This document shows, one piece after another, positions 26,063 through 35,150 of a stretch of 55,084 bases of DNA (positions are counted from its first letter, which is position 1; every line of letters starts with the position of its first letter). The notes under the pieces are model-generated. The model was not told the origin of the DNA and did no database searches. It worked only from the letters and a program-made list of their open reading frames with translations. The stretch is from a virus (lineage: Duplodnaviria; Caudoviricetes). The DNA lies in IMG/VR virus record IMGVR_UViG_3300037194_000008, positions 1-55,084 of that record; one strand, 5' to 3'. Position numbers and translations under genes: made by a program.

Positions 26063-28295
26063 GGATGGGCAGCGGTTGAAGGACTGGATCTATGACCCAG
26101 CCCGAGACCAGTACCAGAACCAGAACACCGGAGCAGTCATCACCTCACAGCAGATGATGAAGGCAGACATGGAGTTCCTCATGAACGATCAGTACAAGCC
26201 GCACATCGGTCTCGACTTCGAGACCTACGGATCGGTGGATCTCCCGAAGCACGGGCTCTACCGATACGTCGATGACGAGTACTTCCGTCCCCTGGTTGCG
26301 TGTCTCTACACACAGGAGCCGGGCCAGTTCCGAGAGACGGAGCTGGACTTCGTCAACAACCCGGTCACCGCAGAGAACGAACTGCGGTACGCCATCAAGG
26401 GCAAGATCATCATCGCTCACAACGTCCCGTTCGAGGCAGCAGTGCTGGCACGCATGGGCATTGAGCACCCGATCGAGGACTTCATTGACTCGGCGGTGGT
26501 GGCCCGAGCAGCCGGTGCCGGCAGCAAGCTGGAAGCAGCTGCGCCCCAACTCCTGGGCACCGACAAGATGGCTGAGGGTTGGCCACTCATCAAGCTGTTC
26601 TCCATGCCTGGCAAGTACCAGGAGAAGAACGGTTGCATGGACTTCGATCCTGCCATCGTGGCTGATCATCCAGATGAGTGGTTGCAGTTCATCAAGTACT
26701 GCACCCTCGATGCGAAGCTCAGCTTCGGCATCGTGTTCGAGTACCTCAAGCTGTTGTCTCCAGCCGAGCTGCAGTTCCACACCCTGACCCTGCGCATGAA
26801 TGGCACGGGTTGGAATGTGGATCTCGACTTGGTCAAGGAGATGCAGCGCCGGTACCTCGAGAACCTGGAGTACCTGGAGCAGGACTTCCGCGAGCGCACT
26901 GGTGCCAAGGACCTCAACCTCAACAGCCACCCACAACTGGTGGCGTGGTGCAAGGACCGAGGCATCATGGCCAAGAGCTTCGACGAGAAGAACTGCACCA
27001 AGTTGCGAAACCGAATCGTCGAGCGACTGCAGCAAGGCAACCTCAAGAAGGCACAGCGTGAAGCCTACGAAGAGGTAGTCATGATGCTGACCTGCAAGAA
27101 GGAGCTCGGTGGTTCCAGCTTGAAGAAGCTGCAGACCATCCTCGACACCGTCGCCAACGACGGCCGGCTCCGTGATCAGTACCTCCACTGTGGTGCAGGG
27201 CAAACGCTCCGCACCACTGGTCGGTCAGTCCAGATGCAGAACCTCAAGCGTCTCGGTGCTGAGCCCGACGAAGTGGAAGAGCTGTTCAACGATCAGTACT
27301 TCTGGAACAACGAGAAGCTGGCTCGCAATCTGAGGCAGGTCTTCTGTGCTGAAGATCCGAACGGTGTTCTCATCGTCGGTGACTTCAGCTCCGTCGAAGC
27401 ACGAGGCCTGGCTTGGATGGCGGGTGAGGAGTGGAAACTCTCAGCCTTCCGGAACAACCAGGACCTGTACAAGGTGGCGGCAGCCAGGCAGTACAGCATT
27501 GCCATCGACGCTGTGACCAAGGAGCAGCGTCAGTTCGGCAAGGTCGGTGAGCTCAGCTGCGGTTACCAGGCAGGGCCTGGTGCAGTGAAGGACTTCGCCG
27601 AGAACATGGGCGTGATCCTGTCCGAAGCTGAGGCGGCCAAGGTCGTGTCGGATTGGCGTGATGCCAACCCGAACATCGTCAAGTTCTGGTACCGACTGGA
27701 CGGCATGCTTCGCAATTGTGTGGAGTTCCACACTGCCAGCGAGCTGCATCTTCCAGACGGTTTCAAGATCGTGATCAAGCCGATGGCCACACCTGCATCA
27801 CTGCAGAAGCTGGCGCCGGACTCGGCAGTCTCCGTCTCGGTTGAGGTAGTGCACGATGTGCACGGCCTCTTCCTGCGTCGGGTGTTCCTGGGCTGCCACT
27901 TCATCGGCAAGAGCATCAGGTACTACAAGCCGAGCGAGCGGAAGACCGGAGATCTCTGGCGTCCTCAAGGCACTGACCCGAAGACGGGCAAGCCGCGGGA
28001 CTACACGATCTACGGTGGCAAGCTGGCCGGCATCCTGACGCAGTCGTTCTGCCGTGAGCTGTTCTTCCGTGTGGCCCTGAACGTACAGCGGTGGTGTGAC
28101 AGCACCATCAACGTGCGCATGATCGGCCAGTTCCACGACGAGCTGGTGCTCGAGTTCAGCACACCGGAGAGCGGTCACGCTGTTGGCCGGCGCGAAGCGG
28201 AAGTCTCGCTGAGGAAGATGATGTCGGACGCTGGCATCGTCACGTCGTTCCCATTGGCAGCCGATGTCCACTCGGACTATCGGTACATCAAGTGA
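26037..28295 (+). CDS. polA: DNA polymerase, family A
   Basis: Exo motifs LDFETY, AHN..FE, YC..D; TGR...QN, motif A DFSSVEAR, motif B RQFGKVGELSCGY, motif C HDE; alternative start 26181. Confidence 0.95.
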   Translation: MSKRFLTSEDGQRLKDWIYDPARDQYQNQNTGAVITSQQMMKADMEFLMNDQYKPHIGLDFETYGSVDLPKHGLYRYVDDEYFRPLVACLYTQEPGQFRETELDFVNNPVTAENELRYAIKGKIIIAHNVPFEAAVLARMGIEHPIEDFIDSAVVARAAGAGSKLEAAAPQLLGTDKMAEGWPLIKLFSMPGKYQEKNGCMDFDPAIVADHPDEWLQFIKYCTLDAKLSFGIVFEYLKLLSPAELQFHTLTLRMNGTGWNVDLDLVKEMQRRYLENLEYLEQDFRERTGAKDLNLNSHPQLVAWCKDRGIMAKSFDEKNCTKLRNRIVERLQQGNLKKAQREAYEEVVMMLTCKKELGGSSLKKLQTILDTVANDGRLRDQYLHCGAGQTLRTTGRSVQMQNLKRLGAEPDEVEELFNDQYFWNNEKLARNLRQVFCAEDPNGVLIVGDFSSVEARGLAWMAGEEWKLSAFRNNQDLYKVAAARQYSIAIDAVTKEQRQFGKVGELSCGYQAGPGAVKDFAENMGVILSEAEAAKVVSDWRDANPNIVKFWYRLDGMLRNCVEFHTASELHLPDGFKIVIKPMATPASLQKLAPDSAVSVSVEVVHDVHGLFLRRVFLGCHFIGKSIRYYKPSERKTGDLWRPQGTDPKTGKPRDYTIYGGKLAGILTQSFCRELFFRVALNVQRWCDSTINVRMIGQFHDELVLEFSTPESGHAVGRREAEVSLRKMMSDAGIVTSFPLAADVHSDYRYIK

Positions 28296-28349
28296 GGAAG
28301 CTGGGGGTCAGCTCATGACCTGGCCCCCAGCTCTGATCCAGGAGGTTAC

Positions 28350-28808
28350 ATGATTCTCGTGACAGGGGTAGACCCTGGCCTGGTCGACACAGGCATCGTG
28401 CACTTCTCGTTCTATCCCGAGAGCAAGGAGATCAAGGTCGCTCCGACCACTGACCTCCGTGAGCTCGTGGATCGGAACCAGAAGCGCAAGTACTTCATCG
28501 AGGGCTACCGTCCTCGCGCTCACATGAGCACCGACAAAGACATGGTCGAGCTCGTGGCTCACATCAGACAGATGTGCAAGGGCACGGTCCTCGACAACAC
28601 CGGCGTCAAGAAGATCGTCGGCCAGCCGTTGATGGAACTGTTGGGAGTGTGGCTGTTCAAGCAGACCACGCACCACCAGGACCTGAGGTCGGCCGCGCGC
28701 ATCGCCATCCTGGGCATGCTCAAGGACGAGGAGATGAACGAGCTCATCGCTGACATCGTGAGGGATCACCTGGAAGGGAAGCCCTGGCATGTCGTGGTAC
28801 TCGACTGA
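28350..28808 (+). CDS. RuvC-like Holliday junction resolvase
   Basis: GVDPGLVDTG, FIE, HQDLRSAARIA. Confidence 0.75.
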   Translation: MILVTGVDPGLVDTGIVHFSFYPESKEIKVAPTTDLRELVDRNQKRKYFIEGYRPRAHMSTDKDMVELVAHIRQMCKGTVLDNTGVKKIVGQPLMELLGVWLFKQTTHHQDLRSAARIAILGMLKDEEMNELIADIVRDHLEGKPWHVVVLD

Positions 28809-28986
28809 CGTCAACCAACAACCATGCGCTCTCACGTTGAGAGCCACCAAGGAAGATTGCGCTCGGTGTCTGTTCACCGATCGCTGCCTGGCAGACACGC
28901 TCGAGCTCGAAGAGCTGATGGGCGAGCCGCGGTCAGGTATCTTCGGAGGACTCACACAATCGGAGCGGGCTCAGCTTGCTTCGTAG
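28789..28986 (+). CDS. WhiB-like transcription factor (compact)
   Basis: C-x10-C-x2-C-x5-C and GIFGGLT..ER (canonical G[IV]WGG); points to an actinobacterial host. Confidence 0.7.
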   Translation: MSWYSTDVNQQPCALTLRATKEDCARCLFTDRCLADTLELEELMGEPRSGIFGGLTQSERAQLAS

Positions 28987-28998
28987 AAGGGAAGACTC

Positions 28999-29529
28999 AT
29001 GACCTCCGTATCTGAAGGAGATCAGCTGCCGCACGATGACGCGCCGGCAGCTCGGTGGGTGCACAAGGATGGCTCACTCTGTCCCAGCTGGGAAGAGTGC
29101 GACACCTACGAGCACACCACTCTCGATGGCAACGAGACGATCCAACGGATCAAGGCCCGGCCCTTCGACCACGAGGGCCAGGGCAACATCGACCAGGTCA
29201 TCGCTGAAGCTGAAGCTCAGCGTGACGGCGTGGTCGGTGAGCTCATCGACGGACGGGTCGACGTGTACGGTGACCCGGCTGCCGTGTTCCCTCGCCACGC
29301 TCAGGCTTGGTCTGCGATCCTCGGCTTCGAGGTACAGCCCTGGCAGGTGGCGCTGTGCATGATGCAGTACAAGCTGATCCGCACAGCGATCACGCCCGAC
29401 TACTCGGACAACTCCGACGACATCGACGGGTACAAGGACATCTTCAACACCCTCATCGGTGACGAGATGATCCATGCTCGGGACACCAAGTCGTACGTCG
29501 AGCAGGGTGGCAAAGGCCGGCGCACATGA
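28999..29529 (+). CDS. DUF6378-like domain protein
   Basis: R..VYGDP...F...AQAWSAILG...V.PWQVALCM...KL.R......D...DI.GY. Confidence 0.7.
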   Translation: MTSVSEGDQLPHDDAPAARWVHKDGSLCPSWEECDTYEHTTLDGNETIQRIKARPFDHEGQGNIDQVIAEAEAQRDGVVGELIDGRVDVYGDPAAVFPRHAQAWSAILGFEVQPWQVALCMMQYKLIRTAITPDYSDNSDDIDGYKDIFNTLIGDEMIHARDTKSYVEQGGKGRRT

Positions 29530-29621
29530 GCACCGGTGACAAGGTCATCGTCGCCGGCATCGCCAGCTATCTCCTGGGCCTGGCCTCAGGGATCAGCTGG
29601 TCGTGGTGGTGGGCGCGGTGA
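29526..29621 (+). CDS. Small membrane peptide (31 aa)
   Basis: MSTGDKVIVAGIASYLLGLASGISWSWWWAR; 4-bp overlaps at both ends. Confidence 0.55.
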   Translation: MSTGDKVIVAGIASYLLGLASGISWSWWWAR

Positions 29622-29857
29622 TCAACGCGACCAACGCAGTCTGCGTGCTCTGCAAGATCCCGCTGATTCCCGACGAGCCATACATCATGGTCTACAAGTC
29701 GGCAGCTGAGGACACTCGGCTGGCTCACGCTGATCAGCGTGAAGGGTTCATGCACCTGAGGCATCTGCTTCGGTTGTTCGAACCCGGCGGGATCATGATC
29801 ATGCCGCAACCACAGCAGGCGCCACCGCCCTTGCCTGACATCAGGGTGGTGTGGTGA
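29618..29857 (+). CDS. Hypothetical protein
   Basis: GTG 29618; CVLC...H..H, Pro-rich end. Confidence 0.6.
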   Translation: MINATNAVCVLCKIPLIPDEPYIMVYKSAAEDTRLAHADQREGFMHLRHLLRLFEPGGIMIMPQPQQAPPPLPDIRVVW

Positions 29858-31047
29858 TGAACATCTCGGAGATCGAGGAGCGCCTCGGTGCACCTCTGTT
29901 CGACAGCCAGATCGCTTGCGTACTGGAGATCAAGGAGCAGGGCGAGTACAAAGCCCAGGTCCCGAGGATGTGCATCTACTATCCGACGGGCGAGGGCAAG
30001 ACGATCGCATCGCTGGCCAGTCTGGCAGCGGAGGGTTACACCCAAGCAGTCGTCATCGCACCACCCTCGACCCACACCCAGTGGTTCGAGCAAGGTCTCA
30101 AGCTCGGCATCCACCTGCACACGATCAGCCATGCGAAGTTCCGACGCAAAGACTGCAAGCTGAGCAGGACGGTGCCGATCATCGTCGATGAGTTCCACAT
30201 GCTCGGTGGTCACACCGGCGCAGGGTGGACCAAGATGGACACGCTGGCTCTGCATCTCCAGGCACCGCTGATCATCATGTCGGCAACGCCGAACTACAAC
30301 GACGCGGAGCGGGTGTACTGCATTCAGCATGTCCTCGATCCGTTGAGCTGCAGAGGTGGCTACATCCAGTTCCTCTACCAGCACTGCGTCACCCAGCAAG
30401 ATCCGTTCAGCATGACACCCAAGGTGCTCGGCTTCCATCACTTCGCTGATGCGTCCGAGTATCTGGCTGCTCTGCCTGGCGTGGTGTATCTCCCGGATGA
30501 ATTGGTCTACGAGATCGAAGACCACTTCACCGAGAAAAAAATTCCGGATGCTCTAAAGACCTACGGGTACAACGAGCGCCGGCATCGCGTGGTGGCCAGC
30601 ACCATGGAACGTCGTCATACGATCATCGACTTGTCGCTGATCGCAGAAGACGGACTGCTCAACTCGGACATTCACTCGTGGCTTGAGGACACAATCTTCA
30701 AGGCGCAAGGTCCCGTACTCATCTACGCCACGCACTCGACTGTTGCCATGGCAACAGCTCGCACGTTGATGGCTGATGTCCGGCTCGATGTCGTGACCGG
30801 CAAGATGAGTAAGAAGGCGAAGCGAACCGTCATCGACGAGTTCATCGCGGGTGAGTTCCCGGTCCTGATTGGCACAGCAACCCTGGGCACAGGAACGGAC
30901 GGCATCGACAAGATCTGCGACACGCTCATCATCCTCGACGACACCGAGGATGATGCTGCTCGTCGACAACTGGTCGGCCGCATCATGCCTCGAGGAACCG
31001 ACAAGGACTCGAGCATGAAGCAAGTGCACCGATTGGTACTTCAGTGA
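29851..31047 (+). CDS. Superfamily 2 DNA helicase
   Basis: PTGEGKT, IIVDEFH, SAT, GTGTD, QLVGR. Confidence 0.9.
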   Translation: MVMNISEIEERLGAPLFDSQIACVLEIKEQGEYKAQVPRMCIYYPTGEGKTIASLASLAAEGYTQAVVIAPPSTHTQWFEQGLKLGIHLHTISHAKFRRKDCKLSRTVPIIVDEFHMLGGHTGAGWTKMDTLALHLQAPLIIMSATPNYNDAERVYCIQHVLDPLSCRGGYIQFLYQHCVTQQDPFSMTPKVLGFHHFADASEYLAALPGVVYLPDELVYEIEDHFTEKKIPDALKTYGYNERRHRVVASTMERRHTIIDLSLIAEDGLLNSDIHSWLEDTIFKAQGPVLIYATHSTVAMATARTLMADVRLDVVTGKMSKKAKRTVIDEFIAGEFPVLIGTATLGTGTDGIDKICDTLIILDDTEDDAARRQLVGRIMPRGTDKDSSMKQVHRLVLQ

Positions 31048-31097
31048 ACTGGGGGCGGGACAGGCATCAACGCCTGGCACTGAAGAAGGAGGACTCT

Positions 31098-31223
31098 GTG
31101 TCCAATGAAGACGAGGAACGTGTCGCGCAACTCAAGGATCAGCTGCTCAATCAGAACCTGACTGATGCAGAGATCGCGCGGATCGAACGCAAGATCGAGT
31201 TCCTTGAGAATCGGACAACGTGA
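31098..31223 (+). CDS. Small hypothetical protein (41 aa)
   Basis: AAGGAGG RBS, GTG start; SNEDEERVAQLKDQLLNQNLTDAEIARIERKIEFLE. Confidence 0.65.
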   Translation: MSNEDEERVAQLKDQLLNQNLTDAEIARIERKIEFLENRTT

Positions 31224-31287
31224 TCAACCGCTGAGCCGGGGTGGCTAACTGTCACCCCGGCTCAGCACACCAAAGAAGGGAGGCTCC

Positions 31288-32685
31288 ATGCTGGAGCTCA
31301 AGACCAAGCAGGCATTGGCAAAGGAGGCTCACTCCTTGGCCGGCAGTTGCAGCCTGGTCCGGTATCACAACCAGACCTACATGCCGGTGGACTTCGAGTC
31401 CATGGAGTACGACCCTCCGCCGGAGCCCGATCGCACCATCTGGGTACCAATGACCCAGGACAAGCTGCGGCGTGTGGCAGCGAAGCAGTACGACACCTTG
31501 TTCGGTAACGATGCTGAGCTCCGCAACTTCGAGTTCATGGTTGCTCAGAACTCCGATCACAAGGATCGACAGATCTCACACCTGTTGATCAAGACCGCCG
31601 ACGGACTCAAGCTGCTGTCCGACTCGGGTGAGCTGAAGGATGTCGATGGCCAGTTCGTTCCGAACGCCATCGTTCCTAAGCTCAACACCAAGAAGAAGGA
31701 CAAGGACCGTGTGCTCAAGGTGATCCAGGAGTGGGTCGGCTCCAAAGAGGAAGCCGAGTCATTGCTGTACCACCTGGCCACAGCACTTGCTCCTGGCTGG
31801 TCAGCCGTGAAGTACATCATCCTTCTGGGTGAGGGACGCAACGGCAAGAGCGTGTTGCTCAAGATGTTGATGGCTTTGTTCGGAAGAGAGAACGTCTCGT
31901 CCGTCACTCGCCAGCACATCAGTGAGCGCAGCCCGGTAGTCACAGATCTCAATGGCAAGCTGCTGAACATCGTCTTCGATGGTCAGTCCACGTACCTCAA
32001 GGACTCCGGTGACGAGAAGTCACTGGTGGCCGGCGAGACCGTGGCAGTGAAGAAGCTGTACGAGTCGACACCAGTCCTGGTGCAGACGACAGCACTCTTC
32101 ATCGAGGGCCTCAACCGGGAACCGAAGAGCCACGACAAGAGCTCAGCGTTGCAGAAGCGGATCGTCCGCTTCCTGTTCCCCAACACCTACGAGCTCGACC
32201 ACAAGTTCGAGCGCGAGATGTTGAGCGAGGATTCTCTCGGCGCCTTCCTGTCGATTCTCATCGACCACTACGTCAAGGAAGACGAGGCAGCTGCGAAGCT
32301 GGCACCAACGAAGCAGGCGCTCGAGCTACAGCTGGAGCACATGTTCGTCAACTCGGTCGGACTGCAGTTCCTGAAGTACGTCGAAGAGACGGACGTCGAA
32401 GGTGCTGTCGGTTTGCTGGAGATCGCCATGCCCGACCTGGTGCAACGGTTCCAGTCGTGGCGCGTGAGGGAGAACGACCTCAGTACATGGGCAGAGCCCG
32501 ACGTGCTGGCGCTGTTCAACTCACTGGTCAACACAGAGCGCAGGACGAAGGGCCGTGTCGGTGGTACACCGCGCAAGGTCCGAGTGCTGACCTCATTCAA
32601 GCCCGAAGCCCGGGCATTCCTCGACAGCCTCATGGAAGGAGCTGACGATGAGCAAGCCCTCGAAGCTGCCCTGGTGGCAGACTGA
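31288..32685 (+). CDS. Superfamily 3 (D5-like) replicative helicase
   Basis: GEGRNGKS, LNGKLLNIVFD, KSLVAGE, ALQKR. Confidence 0.85.
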   Translation: MLELKTKQALAKEAHSLAGSCSLVRYHNQTYMPVDFESMEYDPPPEPDRTIWVPMTQDKLRRVAAKQYDTLFGNDAELRNFEFMVAQNSDHKDRQISHLLIKTADGLKLLSDSGELKDVDGQFVPNAIVPKLNTKKKDKDRVLKVIQEWVGSKEEAESLLYHLATALAPGWSAVKYIILLGEGRNGKSVLLKMLMALFGRENVSSVTRQHISERSPVVTDLNGKLLNIVFDGQSTYLKDSGDEKSLVAGETVAVKKLYESTPVLVQTTALFIEGLNREPKSHDKSSALQKRIVRFLFPNTYELDHKFEREMLSEDSLGAFLSILIDHYVKEDEAAAKLAPTKQALELQLEHMFVNSVGLQFLKYVEETDVEGAVGLLEIAMPDLVQRFQSWRVRENDLSTWAEPDVLALFNSLVNTERRTKGRVGGTPRKVRVLTSFKPEARAFLDSLMEGADDEQALEAALVAD

Positions 32686-33502
32686 CGAGTACGTCTCGGA
32701 CGAGCCGGTGCCGGAAGCATTCCGTCGCCACGCTGGTCCGGAAGGTGTGGCCTTGGTCCGGGCCTGGCCGAGCGGTATCACCGACTCAGGCTGGGGTCTC
32801 ATCCCCGGCAAGGATGGTGGCACCTTCCCCGGCAAGTACAAGGACGGAGCGTTCAACGAGCGCCGCGTCGTGTACGGATTCAACCACGACCGCTGGGCCT
32901 TCGCCTTCGTGATGCGTTCGGTGTCAATGATCTGCATCGACATCGACGGCAAGAACGGTGGACTCGAGCACGCCAAGCGGCTCGGCATCCTCCCGGTCAC
33001 GTTGGCCGAGACCAGCAAGAGTGGCGATGGGTACCACCTGTTCTACACGGTGGACGAGGAGTGGACTGAGACAGGCTTCGGCTTGCTCAGCGATCGAATC
33101 GGCATCGAGCAGGGAGTGGACATCCGGGCAACCGGCTGCGTCTACCACTACCCGTCGCAACGGTGGAACGGGCGTCAGCCTGTGCCACTGCCGGAGCATC
33201 TCTACGAGCAGCTCCGTCACCGCGAACAGAAGATCGCGGCGAGCCAAGCGAGGATTCAGAAGGTCCTCGACTCCGACGATGAGATGGAGATTCTCATGAT
33301 GCACGACGAACTGATCGCCGAACTCAACAAGCCGATCCCGCAGGGCAAGCGCAACAACTCGCTGTTCGCCATCGGGTCACAGATGAAGGAGGCTCGGATC
33401 GAGAACTGGGAAACGCTGGTCACTCAGCGTGGCCTGGACCTCGGTCTCGACGCCGATGAGCTCGACAAGCTCATCAACAACATCGCGCGCTACGCGGCGT
33501 GA
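32648..33502 (+). CDS. Bifunctional primase-polymerase (AEP) with PriCT-like C-terminus
   Basis: IDID, SKSGDGYHLFY, GVDIRA, C-terminal GKRNNSLF. Confidence 0.85.
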   Translation: MSKPSKLPWWQTDEYVSDEPVPEAFRRHAGPEGVALVRAWPSGITDSGWGLIPGKDGGTFPGKYKDGAFNERRVVYGFNHDRWAFAFVMRSVSMICIDIDGKNGGLEHAKRLGILPVTLAETSKSGDGYHLFYTVDEEWTETGFGLLSDRIGIEQGVDIRATGCVYHYPSQRWNGRQPVPLPEHLYEQLRHREQKIAASQARIQKVLDSDDEMEILMMHDELIAELNKPIPQGKRNNSLFAIGSQMKEARIENWETLVTQRGLDLGLDADELDKLINNIARYAA

Positions 33503-33504
33503 GC

Positions 33505-33549
33505 AGAGGCCGGCACCCCTACTCCAGGGTGTCGGCCTCTCTCTTTTTT
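33505..33549 (+). terminator. Intrinsic terminator ending the replication operon
   Basis: agaggccggcaccc-ctactcca-gggtgtcggcctct then ctctttttt. Confidence 0.85.
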
Positions 33550-33575
33550 GCAGGGGAGAAGGGTAGGCTCCAGGC

Positions 33576-34133
33576 ATGGTTTCACACACACCTGGCGCCA
33601 AGAGGCGTATGGAGGAGAGGTTGAAGGGGCACCTCGACCGCAACCCCGAGGCGGCGTTGCGGTCGACACCTCGGCTCGCTCGCAACGACCGGACCACCCG
33701 TGCCAAGAAGGTGGTGGTGTTGCTGCCTGAACGTCGTGAGGATTATCTGATCCGCGAGGACGAGGCCCTCGTCTACTGGGAGCGCGAGGTCCGGCGTTAT
33801 GTCGACAAGGTCGTAGACCCTGTCCACGGGGACAGAATCGCCGCTCCCATGGTCTATGCCTGGAGCATGGGCCAAGAGATCGGCGCCGCGCCTGCGGAGG
33901 GCGGAGAGGGCGATTTGGCCCGCCTCAGGGGCAGCGGCGGCGTGGTCAACCCGGAGCTGCGCCGGATCAACAAGATCCTGCGCCATTACTTCGGTGCGCC
34001 GTACCGCTCGTTCATCCAGGGCCGGCAGTACCCGAACACCTATCGGGTGCACAAGGGCTACTACATCAAGTACCAGCCGCCGATGACGCTGACGCTGTAC
34101 GCCGAGTACCTGCTGAAGGTGCTCGTGCCTTAG
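33576..34133 (+). CDS. Hypothetical basic protein, possibly DNA-binding
   Basis: 185 aa Arg-rich ORF, isolated after the terminator, convergent with the late arm. Confidence 0.7.
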   Translation: MVSHTPGAKRRMEERLKGHLDRNPEAALRSTPRLARNDRTTRAKKVVVLLPERREDYLIREDEALVYWEREVRRYVDKVVDPVHGDRIAAPMVYAWSMGQEIGAAPAEGGEGDLARLRGSGGVVNPELRRINKILRHYFGAPYRSFIQGRQYPNTYRVHKGYYIKYQPPMTLTLYAEYLLKVLVP

Positions 34134-34239
34134 CGGGCTCCACCCACGAGCATGAGGATCAGCTCGACGGTGAACCAGAGAGCGCCGGCGATGTAGAACC
34201 AAGCGGACAGGAAACCTACTGCGTTGGGATTCATACTCT

Positions 34240-34554
34240 TCACAGTCGCATGCTTTCCGGCTCACGGTCAAGCTGCTCCTGATCGGAGATCGACCCTCCC
34301 TCGATGCGCTGGAAGACCAGGTTGATCGACGACAGGTCCTTGGCCATGATCGCCTGGAGGATCAGATCCGCGGCTGTGTGGTCCAGCACGTCCTTGCTGT
34401 CCTTCCAGATGGCTTGCACCTGACCGAACCGCTGGTTCCACAGCCACATGATCCTGGTGTCCAGGCTGGCCTGGTGGCTCTTGGGGATGCTGCTGCGGTA
34501 CGCCCTTCGCACCGGCACAGGCAGCGGCGCTGCGGTCGTGGCGAGCTCAGTCAT
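34240..34554 (-). CDS. Hypothetical protein (terminase small subunit candidate)
   Basis: 104 aa, GAGGAGG RBS, in terminase operon; function is a positional guess. Confidence 0.7.
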   Translation of the reverse strand: MTELATTAAPLPVPVRRAYRSSIPKSHQASLDTRIMWLWNQRFGQVQAIWKDSKDVLDHTAADLILQAIMAKDLSSINLVFQRIEGGSISDQEQLDREPESMRL

Positions 34555-34870
34555 TGACTTCCTCCTCAGAAAAATTTTCAGCCGGTGCGATCTGCTTCTC
34601 TGTGAGGTCGATGAACTCGAGCTCTACCGATTCACGGGTGGCCGGGTGGGAGCCGGCACGGCGCCGGCCGACCAGTCGATTGAAGATCATGGTGCGCGCC
34701 TTGTTCGCTCGACTCAGTGAACCACGGACGTCGGGGTCGGCACTGTTGGCGATCTCGAACAGCGTGCGGGCGATGAGCTCATGCGTGGGTACCTGCGTGA
34801 GCTCAGTCGTCTGCATCGTTGGGTAGTCGGCAGCACGCTGCAGCGCCTGCTTGATGGTGACGTGCCTCAT
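34547..34870 (-). CDS. Hypothetical protein (terminase small subunit candidate)
   Basis: ATG 34870, 107 aa, helical; function is a positional guess. Confidence 0.7.
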   Translation of the reverse strand: MRHVTIKQALQRAADYPTMQTTELTQVPTHELIARTLFEIANSADPDVRGSLSRANKARTMIFNRLVGRRRAGSHPATRESVELEFIDLTEKQIAPAENFSEEEVND

Positions 34871-34983
34871 CCCTTGTGACCTCCGCACTGCTCCTCGAAC
34901 TCCAGCAGGCCCTCGGAGCTCACCCAGGTATGCGCATCGTGCGGCTGGGTCTGGCCGCACCACTGGTTCTCGATGTCCGTCAT
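34867..34983 (-). CDS. Small Cys/His protein (38 aa)
   Basis: MTDIENQWCGQTQPHDAHTW...CGG; ATGA overlaps at both ends. Confidence 0.55.
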   Translation of the reverse strand: MTDIENQWCGQTQPHDAHTWVSSEGLLEFEEQCGGHKG

Positions 34984-35150
34984 CTTCGTCCCCTACTCGT
35001 GAGGTGCCATGCTCCGCACTTGGGGCAGCGGTAGCACCTGCATTCTCGTCTCTTCCTGTTGCCGCGGTTGGCTTTCAGTACTGCGTCGACGATAGCCATC
35101 CGTGCGCCGATCTCGTCGAACTTGACCTTCTGACACTTCTCATCGCTCAC
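34980..35150 (-). CDS. Small zinc-binding protein (56 aa)
   Basis: GTG 35150; RCYRCPKCGAWHLTS. Confidence 0.65.
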   Translation of the reverse strand: MSDEKCQKVKFDEIGARMAIVDAVLKANRGNRKRRECRCYRCPKCGAWHLTSRGRR

